A stretch of 24,416 nt of DNA. It comes from a virus. Its lineage: Duplodnaviria > Caudoviricetes. The notes beneath the pieces were generated by a model. That model did no database searches. It saw only the letters and a list, made by a program, of their open reading frames with translations, and was not told the DNA's origin. How positions within the stretch are numbered: the first letter of the stretch is position 1; each line of letters begins with the position of its first letter. Location: the IMG/VR virus record IMGVR_UViG_3300010048_000041, positions 1 through 24,416 of that record; one strand, written 5' to 3'. Both the position numbers and the translations under genes were made by a program. Shown here piece after piece: positions 17,301-24,416 of this stretch.

Positions 17301-19932
17301 GCAGGCCCAAGACGAACTCAATGAATCTTTGATGAAGTACGCGGACGCAATGACACGCGTCCTCGATATGAGCGTTCGGATCAACGAAGTTCAGCGGGAA
17401 GCGCAAAGTATCGCTCGACCTGGGACCGAGGCCAGCCATGCGGAGAAGATCAAAGACCTTCAAGAAGAGTTAGCCGACGAAGAGGCCGTCGCTCAACAGG
17501 AGATCCAACTCTACCAGGCAGTAGCGAACGCCGAGGGCGTCAAGACTGAGGAAAAACTCGCCGCTCTTGAAAAGGAGATGGAACTTCAGGAAAAGGTCGG
17601 TGAGAAAGAAGTCGAGGTCGCGAAGAAGATTGCCGACGAACAGAAGAAAGCCGCCGAAGAAAGCATGAAAATCTGGAAAGACTTCGGCAAGAAGGTCGGC
17701 GACGACTTAGCGACGCTATTCGAAGGTCTGATGGAAAGGAAACCAAATGCGTTAAGAGATTTTCTCGATAGTTTTAGAAAGCAAGTCTTTAAGACTGGCG
17801 AAGACCTTGCCGCCGGAATGATCGGCAAGGCGATGGGAATTGAAGTCAAGCCCGGCGAAGGCATGGGTGGACTGTTTAGCGGACTCATTGGCAAACTCTT
17901 CGGCCTTGATCAGAAAGACCCAAGCAAAGAGACGGCCAGTGCACTGAAGACAGCAAACACACACCTCGCCGACGCCAAAGGTACGTTGAAGGATATTCTC
18001 CGCGTTCTTAATGAGATGAAAGAGAACGCGAAGGAGGGAGCCGACAAACTCAAGACTCTCGGAACCCCGCAACAACAACCCGGCGGCGTCACTGGACGAA
18101 CCACAGCCCCAGGTGAGCCGCCCGTGGTGCCGACTCCCGGTGGTGCATTCAATATCCGACCGGGGGCTCAGCTCACGCAAGGTAACGAGCCGTTGTTGGC
18201 ACAGGCGGCCAAACTGGCGTCCGCCCAGATGCCAAAAGGCTATGCGACTGAGATTATCGAAGGTTACAGCGCAACAGGACACGTGTCCGAGAGCCAACAT
18301 CATCTGGGTAATGCTATTGACGTACAGCTAACCGACCCCAGTGGACAGAAGATCCCGAATGAAGGGCCGGATACTACTGGTATGTACCAGTTGTTTGAAC
18401 AAAAGATGAAAGCGGCACTGGAGCAATTAAATCCAGAGGCCGCCGCTCACATGCGTTGGGGCGGGACATTCGGCGCTAGAGGCGGACCCATAGGTCCAGG
18501 CAGCCCAGCCGACTTGATGCATATCGATCTGAAAGGCTACAGCGGTCCGCAGGCCAGTGACAGCCATCAGAAAGATGGCAGCGTTCAGAAAGTCGACATC
18601 GTTCGGGCTGGTGGGACAACGTTAACGACTCCCCAAACGTCCGGCGCGGTACCTACGGCTCCTGCGGTACAGGCCCAACCACAGACCGTTCAGCAGACAC
18701 CCGAGGTTGTCCAAGCAACCAAGGGAACCCAACAGGTCGCGATCCAACAGTCCGACACTAATCTCAGCGTCGATCTAAAGTCGTCGGTTCCGTTGGACGT
18801 CAGAGTTGTATCAGGTGGAACTGGAACTGGTGCCAATGATAACCAACAGAGGGGAATGCAAGTCGCCAGTTCGGCTGGCGGACTTATTCCGTTTCCCACG
18901 TCGATGCCAAGTGACATCAAAGCTGCACTTCGCGGCCAGCAGATGAGTGGGCGGCGGGCGTATGGACCTGGCGTCAACGACAACATGGGTGGGATGCTGG
19001 CGATTGTCCATCCCGGCGAGATGATCGTACCGACTGATGTGCTATCAGCCCAGGGCGGAATGTACGATCAAATAGGAACTGAAAGTCGTGGTTTCCAGTC
19101 CGTTGCGATGGTCCAAGCACATCCGGGTCTTGGTAAGGGTTGGGCTATATTGTTGGCTATGCTCGGCGGAGTCGGGGCGCTGGCTGGGTTGTCTATGTTG
19201 TTCGGAGATAAGACCAAACAAAAGAAAGCCGACGGAACCGACGAAGCCGGAGGGACGACCACTACCGACGCCAGTGGCGTCACCACAACAACGTATCCGA
19301 GTGGGGATTTGGACGTCAGTGGTGGCGGTAATCTGTCACCGTTATCGTCTAGCAGCGCCGGCGCTCCGTCGAGTTCCAGCAGCGGCGACCCAGGGAAGAA
19401 TTTAACAACCAACCTGACTAATATGAATGACGGCGTCAGCACGCTGGCGAAAGACCTCGGGAGTCTATCATCTGCGACCACTGGTGCAACTCAGCAAATG
19501 TCGCCATTCGCCAGTGGATTGAACATGCTGAAGACAGCGACCAGTGCGCTGAGTTCCATCATGTCGATCCCGAAAACCATCGGGAGTATATTCGGCGGTG
19601 GTGGACTCCTCGGTCTGTTCGGACTTCAGCATGGTGGCATTATACCAAGCGCCGCTGGTGGGATGATTGTACCAAGGTTCCAAGGCGGCGGCATTCTGTC
19701 GATGCTCCATATGAACGAGATGGTTTTGCCGAGCCACATATCGACAATGGTACAGAACATGGCCGCCAACGGCAACGCACCTGGCGGCGGAGTTACACAC
19801 GAGGTCCACTTTAACATTAGTGCGATTGATCCGAAGTCCGGCGCACAGTTCTTGATGAACAACAGTGACACAATCGCAAGAGCCTATGCCCGGAGTCATC
19901 GGGCCTATTCAACGAATGTTCCGAGGAGCTAA
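14335..19932 (+). CDS. Tail tape measure protein with embedded M15-type Zn peptidase motif
   Basis: 1865 aa, Ala/Glu/Gln/Lys helical over ~1250 aa. SQHHLGNAID / RWGG / DLMHID motifs, TMP-type C-terminus (H..E.VLP, NISAID..S...F); directly upstream of the distal tail gene. Confidence 0.92.
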   Translation: MADVRLTVEANVGEAVSALERLNAELKKTQSEAEQTIRRFGEWAGGRNVASQIEDTTNKIRSNQAALESYESVLQAAVVYENALSDAQRRRVEVTQQMIAANKEAAASTTQLISQGEHGVYVSGRGPKESQTAEESMGVFQEGHPQMAEYQGPSPELTAEVAENLNKVNEALAFNERTILSASAAAKTLTQSLTDNAYWDDENRIRAAALAEILAGEAEALRLTSEAAAEKIRIFKEMDDEVAKNIAAEKKYTAESIQGARDQATALQEAKNAHAQWSQGMARDNAEAAAAQAKYQAGIAAGNSAENLRINTMRMAESEVDNFKAKIAELTRAETEPAFNPEQLEGLKRSFSQTGRAYGSLAKEVEENSFRIEFGLRHMVAIFDESMRGQRGAMVASSIAFVRDTGLMKSAIETIQNIPMGGWGAIIAGAMAAAAAIYELEQAYQRSSAIREREVAVGFSGGGVSPTTRIDIGKQFDADRAYTNEWLGTERKVYEELNKLPAVAQSSASAIAHLGQDFAGLARVNAAKPVEELTKAAMKSPEALYETAKEMMHLTTTIEDNGLSTKQNLQVLGATEEGYRHAVEAIRSQSSQMLEASHAAEVNKNSLISLQESLELANIAESGAVNIEDQHAANLMKLLDPLQNVVISTKAWSAALEAQNQAIEAGTPVLTERIKLMRQMAALRVPDLQPSAEGEYGGPGGAVEAARRKALAEDEANMLGITTKGEQLKHEQILNDIEAQKHARAADIEAQIAGARKILEEEKRFARQKLGAEEGGEPTEEEVSKVPEVQRAQIALDDELAKQHRQNTADWISSEQEKINNEHLGTAERLAAQDEIIAKLQAEQAAGYETQAAVDEAKRRRATMARQYANEEYAAFKDAGRAEIEDAKDNIAKINQVWQGIWQKAIDTGQTKQAFEEITREWVRDVNSAKERSFQEFAAGEREKVQEARGDWKLITQIYQEWADKAAELFGKNSEQFKQVQREMVKAAQQAQDELNESLMKYADAMTRVLDMSVRINEVQREAQSIARPGTEASHAEKIKDLQEELADEEAVAQQEIQLYQAVANAEGVKTEEKLAALEKEMELQEKVGEKEVEVAKKIADEQKKAAEESMKIWKDFGKKVGDDLATLFEGLMERKPNALRDFLDSFRKQVFKTGEDLAAGMIGKAMGIEVKPGEGMGGLFSGLIGKLFGLDQKDPSKETASALKTANTHLADAKGTLKDILRVLNEMKENAKEGADKLKTLGTPQQQPGGVTGRTTAPGEPPVVPTPGGAFNIRPGAQLTQGNEPLLAQAAKLASAQMPKGYATEIIEGYSATGHVSESQHHLGNAIDVQLTDPSGQKIPNEGPDTTGMYQLFEQKMKAALEQLNPEAAAHMRWGGTFGARGGPIGPGSPADLMHIDLKGYSGPQASDSHQKDGSVQKVDIVRAGGTTLTTPQTSGAVPTAPAVQAQPQTVQQTPEVVQATKGTQQVAIQQSDTNLSVDLKSSVPLDVRVVSGGTGTGANDNQQRGMQVASSAGGLIPFPTSMPSDIKAALRGQQMSGRRAYGPGVNDNMGGMLAIVHPGEMIVPTDVLSAQGGMYDQIGTESRGFQSVAMVQAHPGLGKGWAILLAMLGGVGALAGLSMLFGDKTKQKKADGTDEAGGTTTTDASGVTTTTYPSGDLDVSGGGNLSPLSSSSAGAPSSSSSGDPGKNLTTNLTNMNDGVSTLAKDLGSLSSATTGATQQMSPFASGLNMLKTATSALSSIMSIPKTIGSIFGGGGLLGLFGLQHGGIIPSAAGGMIVPRFQGGGILSMLHMNEMVLPSHISTMVQNMAANGNAPGGGVTHEVHFNISAIDPKSGAQFLMNNSDTIARAYARSHRAYSTNVPRS

Positions 19933-20591
19933 TGACTCTACCGACATTCATTCCGGGCGTGACGCTCAGTTGGTCGGTCATAAAGACTGTTAACTGGGGC
20001 ACGCGGATGCAAAGATCGGTCTCCGGCCGGGAAGTTCGCGTCAGTGACTTCACGTATCCGGTCTGGAACTATCAGCTGACGTGGGAAGTCCTTCGAGATG
20101 CGTGGGATTTGAGGTCTGGGGTCTATGGCCGTGGGCCGGCATTTCCACTAGGCGCAAGTCCACAGTATGAGTTAGCGAATATAATCAACTTCTATAACTC
20201 GGTCCGTGGCGCCCAGATGGCGTTCCAGTGGAACGACCCAAGCGACACCGACACGTCGAATCTTGGACCAACAACACCGTCGGGCGGTGGAACGGGGCAA
20301 GTTCTAGGTGTTGGTGACGGTGTGACAACAACATTCAATATAGTTGGGACACAACTGTCCCCAGTTATTCCCGTGGTCATACGGTTTGTCACACCGTCGA
20401 TCGGATATACGATTGACTACAATAATGCCCTGATCCAGTTCGCCACGCCACCCACGTCGGGCACGACTGTGTCCATCGGGATGACCTATAACCAGAAAGT
20501 CCGGTTCAAGGCCGACACGGCGGAAAGTGAGGAATTCTATTATCAGCTATATTTGATGAAGAAACTCGAACTAATGTCAGTGCTATATTAG
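19932..20591 (+). CDS. Distal tail protein (DUF2460 / TIGR02217-like)
   Basis: SGREVR....YP.W.Y.L, F....RG....F.W.DP.D, GVGDGVTTTF and VRF..D motifs; TAATG coupling to the TMP. Confidence 0.85.
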   Translation: MTLPTFIPGVTLSWSVIKTVNWGTRMQRSVSGREVRVSDFTYPVWNYQLTWEVLRDAWDLRSGVYGRGPAFPLGASPQYELANIINFYNSVRGAQMAFQWNDPSDTDTSNLGPTTPSGGGTGQVLGVGDGVTTTFNIVGTQLSPVIPVVIRFVTPSIGYTIDYNNALIQFATPPTSGTTVSIGMTYNQKVRFKADTAESEEFYYQLYLMKKLELMSVLY

Positions 20592-20603
20592 TGGGGACTC
20601 GCG

Positions 20604-21812
20604 ATGCGAATGTATACACAGAATTTGAAAAACTATTTGGACCTATATTGGAACGACAGTAACGCGTTTATCATTGCTGACTGCTATGAATTTTCAATGG
20701 TCACGGGCGAAGTTTTTCATTTCACGAATATGCAAGTCCCTAGCATGGCCGAAGTACCGGGCGGCCGGATAACGACTTCAGGAGCGACCGCTGCTGGCTC
20801 ATCGGTTGTCAATGTCAACACGAGTTCGTTGCCAGGGACGTTAAACCGGATACTCGGCAACGGAGGGCAATATGTTATTGACTTAACTAATCCGTCAGTA
20901 ATTCCGCCCGGAACCAGAGTGTCGAGTTACGATACGGATTTAAATCTAACGCTTACAATGAGCGGGGATGCGACTGGAGCCGGTATCGCCGCCGGCGATA
21001 CGCTTAGCTTTCAGAACTACTACGTTGTCGGGCCACGATTCTCGCGGACGAAGACAAAGACTCAGGTCGGCCCACAGATCGATGAGATGGAAGTAGATTT
21101 GTTGGTCACAGATACCGACACGATAACGATCAACAACACCTCGAATATCACTTGGCAAGAGGCGAGCTATTTCGGACTGTTCGACGGTGGATACTGCAAA
21201 TTGAGTCGGGCGTTCTTCACTACGTTTCCAGGGAACCCAAGTTTACTTGGAACTTGTCAGGGATCAGTCGTATGGTTTTATGGCCGGATAAGCGACATTG
21301 TTATTGGGCGGACAAAAGTGAGCATCAAGGTGAAGTCACTTATAGATTTAATTACTATTCAGATGCCCAGGAGATTATATCAGGCTTCGTGCGGGTGGAT
21401 TTTCGGCGCTCCGGGTTGCGACTACAACCGGGTACTGGGGCAGAATGCACTTGGTACTTCTACTGGGATCGGCCAAGTCGGAATAACTTGCCTCACGGGA
21501 TCGAACCAGAACACGATATTAACGTCTTTCAATCCGAGCCCGTCAACGATTTACAACAACGGGACGATGATCTCAACGTCCGGCCAGAACAACGGATACA
21601 CTCGGACGATTGGGCTGTTGGCAGTTAATTCGGGAACCGGACTGGGGCAGATATTCTATTTGAAGCCGTGGCTGTTTCCAGTTACGCCAGGCGTCGATAC
21701 GTTTAACTTGCTCCCAGGGTGTGACCACACATTGGCGACGTGTCAGGCTTTCCAGAATCAAGACCGATACGGTGGATTTCCGTATATCCCGCCGCCGGAG
21801 ACAGCGGTATGA
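20604..21812 (+). CDS. Tail-tip hub protein (DUF2163 / BR0599 family, lambda gpL-like Cys cluster)
   Basis: G.FDG, F.GRI, MPRRLYQASC......GC and PGCDHTLATC..F.N...YGGFPYIP.PE; four C-terminal Cys. Confidence 0.87.
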   Translation: MRMYTQNLKNYLDLYWNDSNAFIIADCYEFSMVTGEVFHFTNMQVPSMAEVPGGRITTSGATAAGSSVVNVNTSSLPGTLNRILGNGGQYVIDLTNPSVIPPGTRVSSYDTDLNLTLTMSGDATGAGIAAGDTLSFQNYYVVGPRFSRTKTKTQVGPQIDEMEVDLLVTDTDTITINNTSNITWQEASYFGLFDGGYCKLSRAFFTTFPGNPSLLGTCQGSVVWFYGRISDIVIGRTKVSIKVKSLIDLITIQMPRRLYQASCGWIFGAPGCDYNRVLGQNALGTSTGIGQVGITCLTGSNQNTILTSFNPSPSTIYNNGTMISTSGQNNGYTRTIGLLAVNSGTGLGQIFYLKPWLFPVTPGVDTFNLLPGCDHTLATCQAFQNQDRYGGFPYIPPPETAV

Positions 21813-22267
21813 ACCCACTTCGCGAAGCTGTGTTGACGGAAGCTCAGTCGTGGATCGGAACCCGATTTCATCATATGGCCCAAGTCAAAGGAGCCGGCGT
21901 CGACTGCGGACAGCTATTGTTGGCCGTCTACGAAGCCTGTGGCTGTATGCCGAAAGTTGATCCCGGATACTATCCGCCCGATTTTCACGTCCATCAGAAC
22001 CTCGAATGGTATGCGGGAATTTTAAAGGACTGGTGCGAGGAATTCACCCTAAGCCAGATGCAGCCGCTTCCGGCCGACGTTGTACTGTTTAAAATGTCCG
22101 ACGCGAAGGTCTTTAGTCATGGGGCGATCATTGTCGACTATCCCTGGGTAATCCACGCGGCGTTTGCACAAAAGAAGGTCGTAAAAGGAGACGCTACGAA
22201 TGGCTGGCTCAGATCCCTTGGGCGACGGTTCTTCCGACCGAAAGCGTTTCTGGAAGGTGACAAGTGA
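21809..22267 (+). CDS. NlpC/P60 tail-associated peptidase
   Basis: ATGA overlap at 21809. A.SWIGT.FHH....KGAGVDC (catalytic Cys), SHGAI (His) and VIHA. Confidence 0.9.
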   Translation: MNPLREAVLTEAQSWIGTRFHHMAQVKGAGVDCGQLLLAVYEACGCMPKVDPGYYPPDFHVHQNLEWYAGILKDWCEEFTLSQMQPLPADVVLFKMSDAKVFSHGAIIVDYPWVIHAAFAQKKVVKGDATNGWLRSLGRRFFRPKAFLEGDK

Positions 22268-23649
22268 GCTTTTTATTTCGAACGCCGCAACCCTTCCTAC
22301 AACTCCAGTCGTGGCAGAAACAGGCCCTAAACGCGTTACGGTACAACACGAGTCAGGTTGGATCTGTTGTGCCTATGATATATGGGACAATTCGCCAGCA
22401 AGTCAATCTCTTGGCGTTCGGTGGATACCGTGGACCTGGCGGCGGTAAAAAGGGCAAAGGCGTCGGCCCGCTCCCGATTGGCGGAACTACTCAGGTCGGT
22501 AAGGGTGGCGGCGGAGGAAAGAAAGGCGGCAAGAAGAATCCCGACTTTCAAATTGACGTCGATTTCGGTCTCTGCGAGGGTGGCGATGACGGAGGAATAG
22601 CCAGCAGTGTGACTATAGCCGCAAATAATGGCGTGTGGGCGAGTGCTGAAGTCACAACATTCAACGCACTTCCGTTGCATTTGTATGCCGGTGCGGACGG
22701 TCAAGCACCCGATAGTACGTTCGACGGACTCGGGAATACCGTCGGATACTCCGGTACGTGTCATGTGACGGCGACCCCTATGGACTTGGGCAACACACCG
22801 GCTATTCCGAATTTATCGATCGAGATCAACGGTTATTGTATTGACGGCTCTATGGGACTCGATGCTAATCCGGCGCTGATAGTCAGGCATTTTTTGTGCG
22901 ATCCCAAAAGAGGGGCCGGCTTACCGACTGTAAATCTCGCCGATACGGAAAACTTTTACAATTATTGCCAGGCCGTTGGGTTCGGCGTTAGCGCGAGTCT
23001 GGACGGCCAACAGACGGGACTCGAATGGCTCGGATCATTCGTTAAGTTGATTAATATTGCGATGGTCTGGTCGGGCGATCAATTGAAATTCATACCTTAT
23101 GGCGATTTGACTGTCGGATCGTGGAACCCAAACCTAGTTGCACAGTACGCGATTAATGATGACGACATACTAACCGACTGGAAAGACGGCGGCGAAGTTT
23201 CGGCGGACAAGGCCGACCCGGTTTTGGTTACGCGGGTAAATCCGGTCGACGCCTCAAATTGGGTCAGTATGGAGTACACGGACCGAACAAACAATTACAA
23301 CTCCACGGTCTTGGCAGCGTTCGATCAGTCGGCAATCGACGCCTATGGCTTGCGGACGGGGGATAATCTATCCGGTAAAATGTTTTGTAGCGCAACCAGC
23401 GGCCAGACGGCAACGCAGATATATCTCCAACGACTACAATATATCCGCAATACGCCGTATAAATTCAAACTTGGTTGGAAATACGCGTTATTGGAGCCGA
23501 TGGACTGTTTGTTGATTACGGGTAACGTCGGTGACAACTACCTCCAGAACCAAGCCATTCGGATACTGTCGATCGAGGAAGACGACAACGGGGACTTGAT
23601 CATTGAGGCCGAACAGCTCGAACAAGGAGCGGGAGCGTCATTGCCGTGA
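22264..23649 (+). CDS. Tail-tip (gpJ-like / central hub) protein, short copy 1, 461 aa
   Basis: GTGA overlap. VP.IYG..R, GKGG loop, GLCEG, PNLS.EI.G, DANPA.I...L.DP..G.G, YGLR, L.PMD and final RI.SIEEDD.G.L...AE. Confidence 0.82.
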   Translation: MSFLFRTPQPFLQLQSWQKQALNALRYNTSQVGSVVPMIYGTIRQQVNLLAFGGYRGPGGGKKGKGVGPLPIGGTTQVGKGGGGGKKGGKKNPDFQIDVDFGLCEGGDDGGIASSVTIAANNGVWASAEVTTFNALPLHLYAGADGQAPDSTFDGLGNTVGYSGTCHVTATPMDLGNTPAIPNLSIEINGYCIDGSMGLDANPALIVRHFLCDPKRGAGLPTVNLADTENFYNYCQAVGFGVSASLDGQQTGLEWLGSFVKLINIAMVWSGDQLKFIPYGDLTVGSWNPNLVAQYAINDDDILTDWKDGGEVSADKADPVLVTRVNPVDASNWVSMEYTDRTNNYNSTVLAAFDQSAIDAYGLRTGDNLSGKMFCSATSGQTATQIYLQRLQYIRNTPYKFKLGWKYALLEPMDCLLITGNVGDNYLQNQAIRILSIEEDDNGDLIIEAEQLEQGAGASLP

Positions 23650-24416
23650 CAGGTTTATTCAGACCCAAGTACAGTTTCTTGATGAACAATTCGTGGCAAA
23701 CACAAGCAAAGAATGCGTTGCGATATAACACGAGCCAGGTCGGCTCTGTGGTTCCGATGATCTACGGGACCATTCGGGCGAGTATTAACCTACTGTCAAT
23801 CGGGAACTATATCGGCCCCGGCGGTGGCAAAAAAGGCAAGGGCGTCGGCTCGTTGCCAATCGGTGGTACGACTCAACAAGGCAAAGGCGGCGGAGGTGGC
23901 AAGAAAGGTGGGAAGAAGGCAGTTCCTGACTATTCAATCGACGTTGACTTCGGCGTTTGTGAAGGACCGGCGAGCGTCCAACCGAACAACGGCGTATACG
24001 CGAATGGAATGAACGCAACGTTTAATAGTTTGCCATTGAATTTCTACGGCGGCCAGAACGGACAGGCGGCCGATGGCACAATGGCTGGACTTGGATTTCC
24101 AGTCGGTTACTCGGGTACGTGCCATATTACGGCCACGCCGATGAACTTGGGTCCGACGCCGGCATTGCCGAACATTCAGTTTGAGATCAATGGTTTGTTG
24201 TCGGGATCGAGTCAAATATCACAACTAGATGCCGATCCGGCGGCGGTAGTGCAGCATTTTCTAACCGACCCACAGCTCGGCGCAGGGTTTCCGGTCGCTA
24301 ATCTCGACGTTGGCGGAACGTTGGCGAATTTTTCGCTCTTTTGTCAGGAGATCGGATTTTCAATCTCGACAACGCTTGATGCACAGCAAACCGGACTTGA
24401 ATGGCTCAACGGCTTC
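23646..24416 (+). CDS. Tail-tip (gpJ-like) protein, paralogous copy 2, 3'-truncated by window
   Basis: Not in the track (no stop in window). GTGA overlap with the copy 1 stop and AAGGAG/GGGAG upstream. Reads MTGLFRPKYSFLMNNSWQTQAKNALRYNTSQVGSVVPMIYGTIR...QQTGLEWLNGF, colinear with copy 1. Confidence 0.88.
   Translation, partial: MTGLFRPKYSFLMNNSWQTQAKNALRYNTSQVGSVVPMIYGTIRASINLLSIGNYIGPGGGKKGKGVGSLPIGGTTQQGKGGGGGKKGGKKAVPDYSIDVDFGVCEGPASVQPNNGVYANGMNATFNSLPLNFYGGQNGQAADGTMAGLGFPVGYSGTCHITATPMNLGPTPALPNIQFEINGLLSGSSQISQLDADPAAVVQHFLTDPQLGAGFPVANLDVGGTLANFSLFCQEIGFSISTTLDAQQTGLEWLNGF

Larger units (their letters stand above)
1..24416 (+). mobile_element. Tailed phage/prophage late operon (siphovirus-type head, tail and lysis genes); boundaries lie outside the window
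   Basis: Tightly packed co-directional genes, many with NTGA stop/start overlaps, in protease-capsid-adaptor-tube-chaperone-TMP-tail tip order. No sheath, terminase, portal or integrase recognised in the window. Confidence 0.95.

Noticed and set aside
4526-23649. Gene transfer agent rather than phage
   Set aside because: It shares RcGTA-like tip and spike genes, but the 1865-aa TMP, large capsid and embedded lysis/accessory genes fit a bona fide phage better.
74-24215. All minus-strand ORFs and most alternative-frame plus ORFs in the track
   Set aside because: They shadow well-supported + strand genes and show no recognisable motifs; expected in GC-rich coding DNA.
22264-24416. Tip duplication as a DGR template/variable repeat, invertible cassette or misassembly
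   Set aside because: Differences are mainly synonymous third-position changes of all base types, not adenine-specific. The copies are direct and diverged, and no reverse transcriptase or invertase is in the window.
1-24416. CRISPR array, tRNA/rRNA, introns/inteins, alternative genetic code
   Set aside because: None seen by eye. Intergenic gaps are tiny, and TAA, TAG and TGA all end genes at sensible boundaries.

Overview
A single + strand late (morphogenesis and lysis) operon of a long-tailed, non-contractile phage or prophage. No sheath gene is present. The host is most likely a diderm Alphaproteobacterium, inferred from an RcGTA-like tail tip and head-spike base. Gene order: collagen fibre (5'-open), beta-rich virion protein, TPR-glycosyltransferase, small genes, lysis cassette, ChaB/HK97 protease/scaffold polyprotein, major capsid, adaptor, tail terminator, tail tube, G/GT chaperones, gp10-like gene, 1865-aa tape measure with an M15-type peptidase motif, then distal tail, hub, NlpC/P60 and tail-tip protein. 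Reading the raw sequence adds genes missing from the ORF track: a CTG-initiated HiPIP-like four-Cys protein (4003-4233), a micro-membrane ORF, and a second, diverged paralog of the tail-tip gene running off the right end. Best leads: tandem tail-tip paralogs under purifying selection, the hidden HiPIP-like gene, a candidate virion-glycosylation enzyme beside Thr/Ser-rich fibres, and a domain shared by adaptor and tail tube. All family assignments come from motif recognition; no searches were run.
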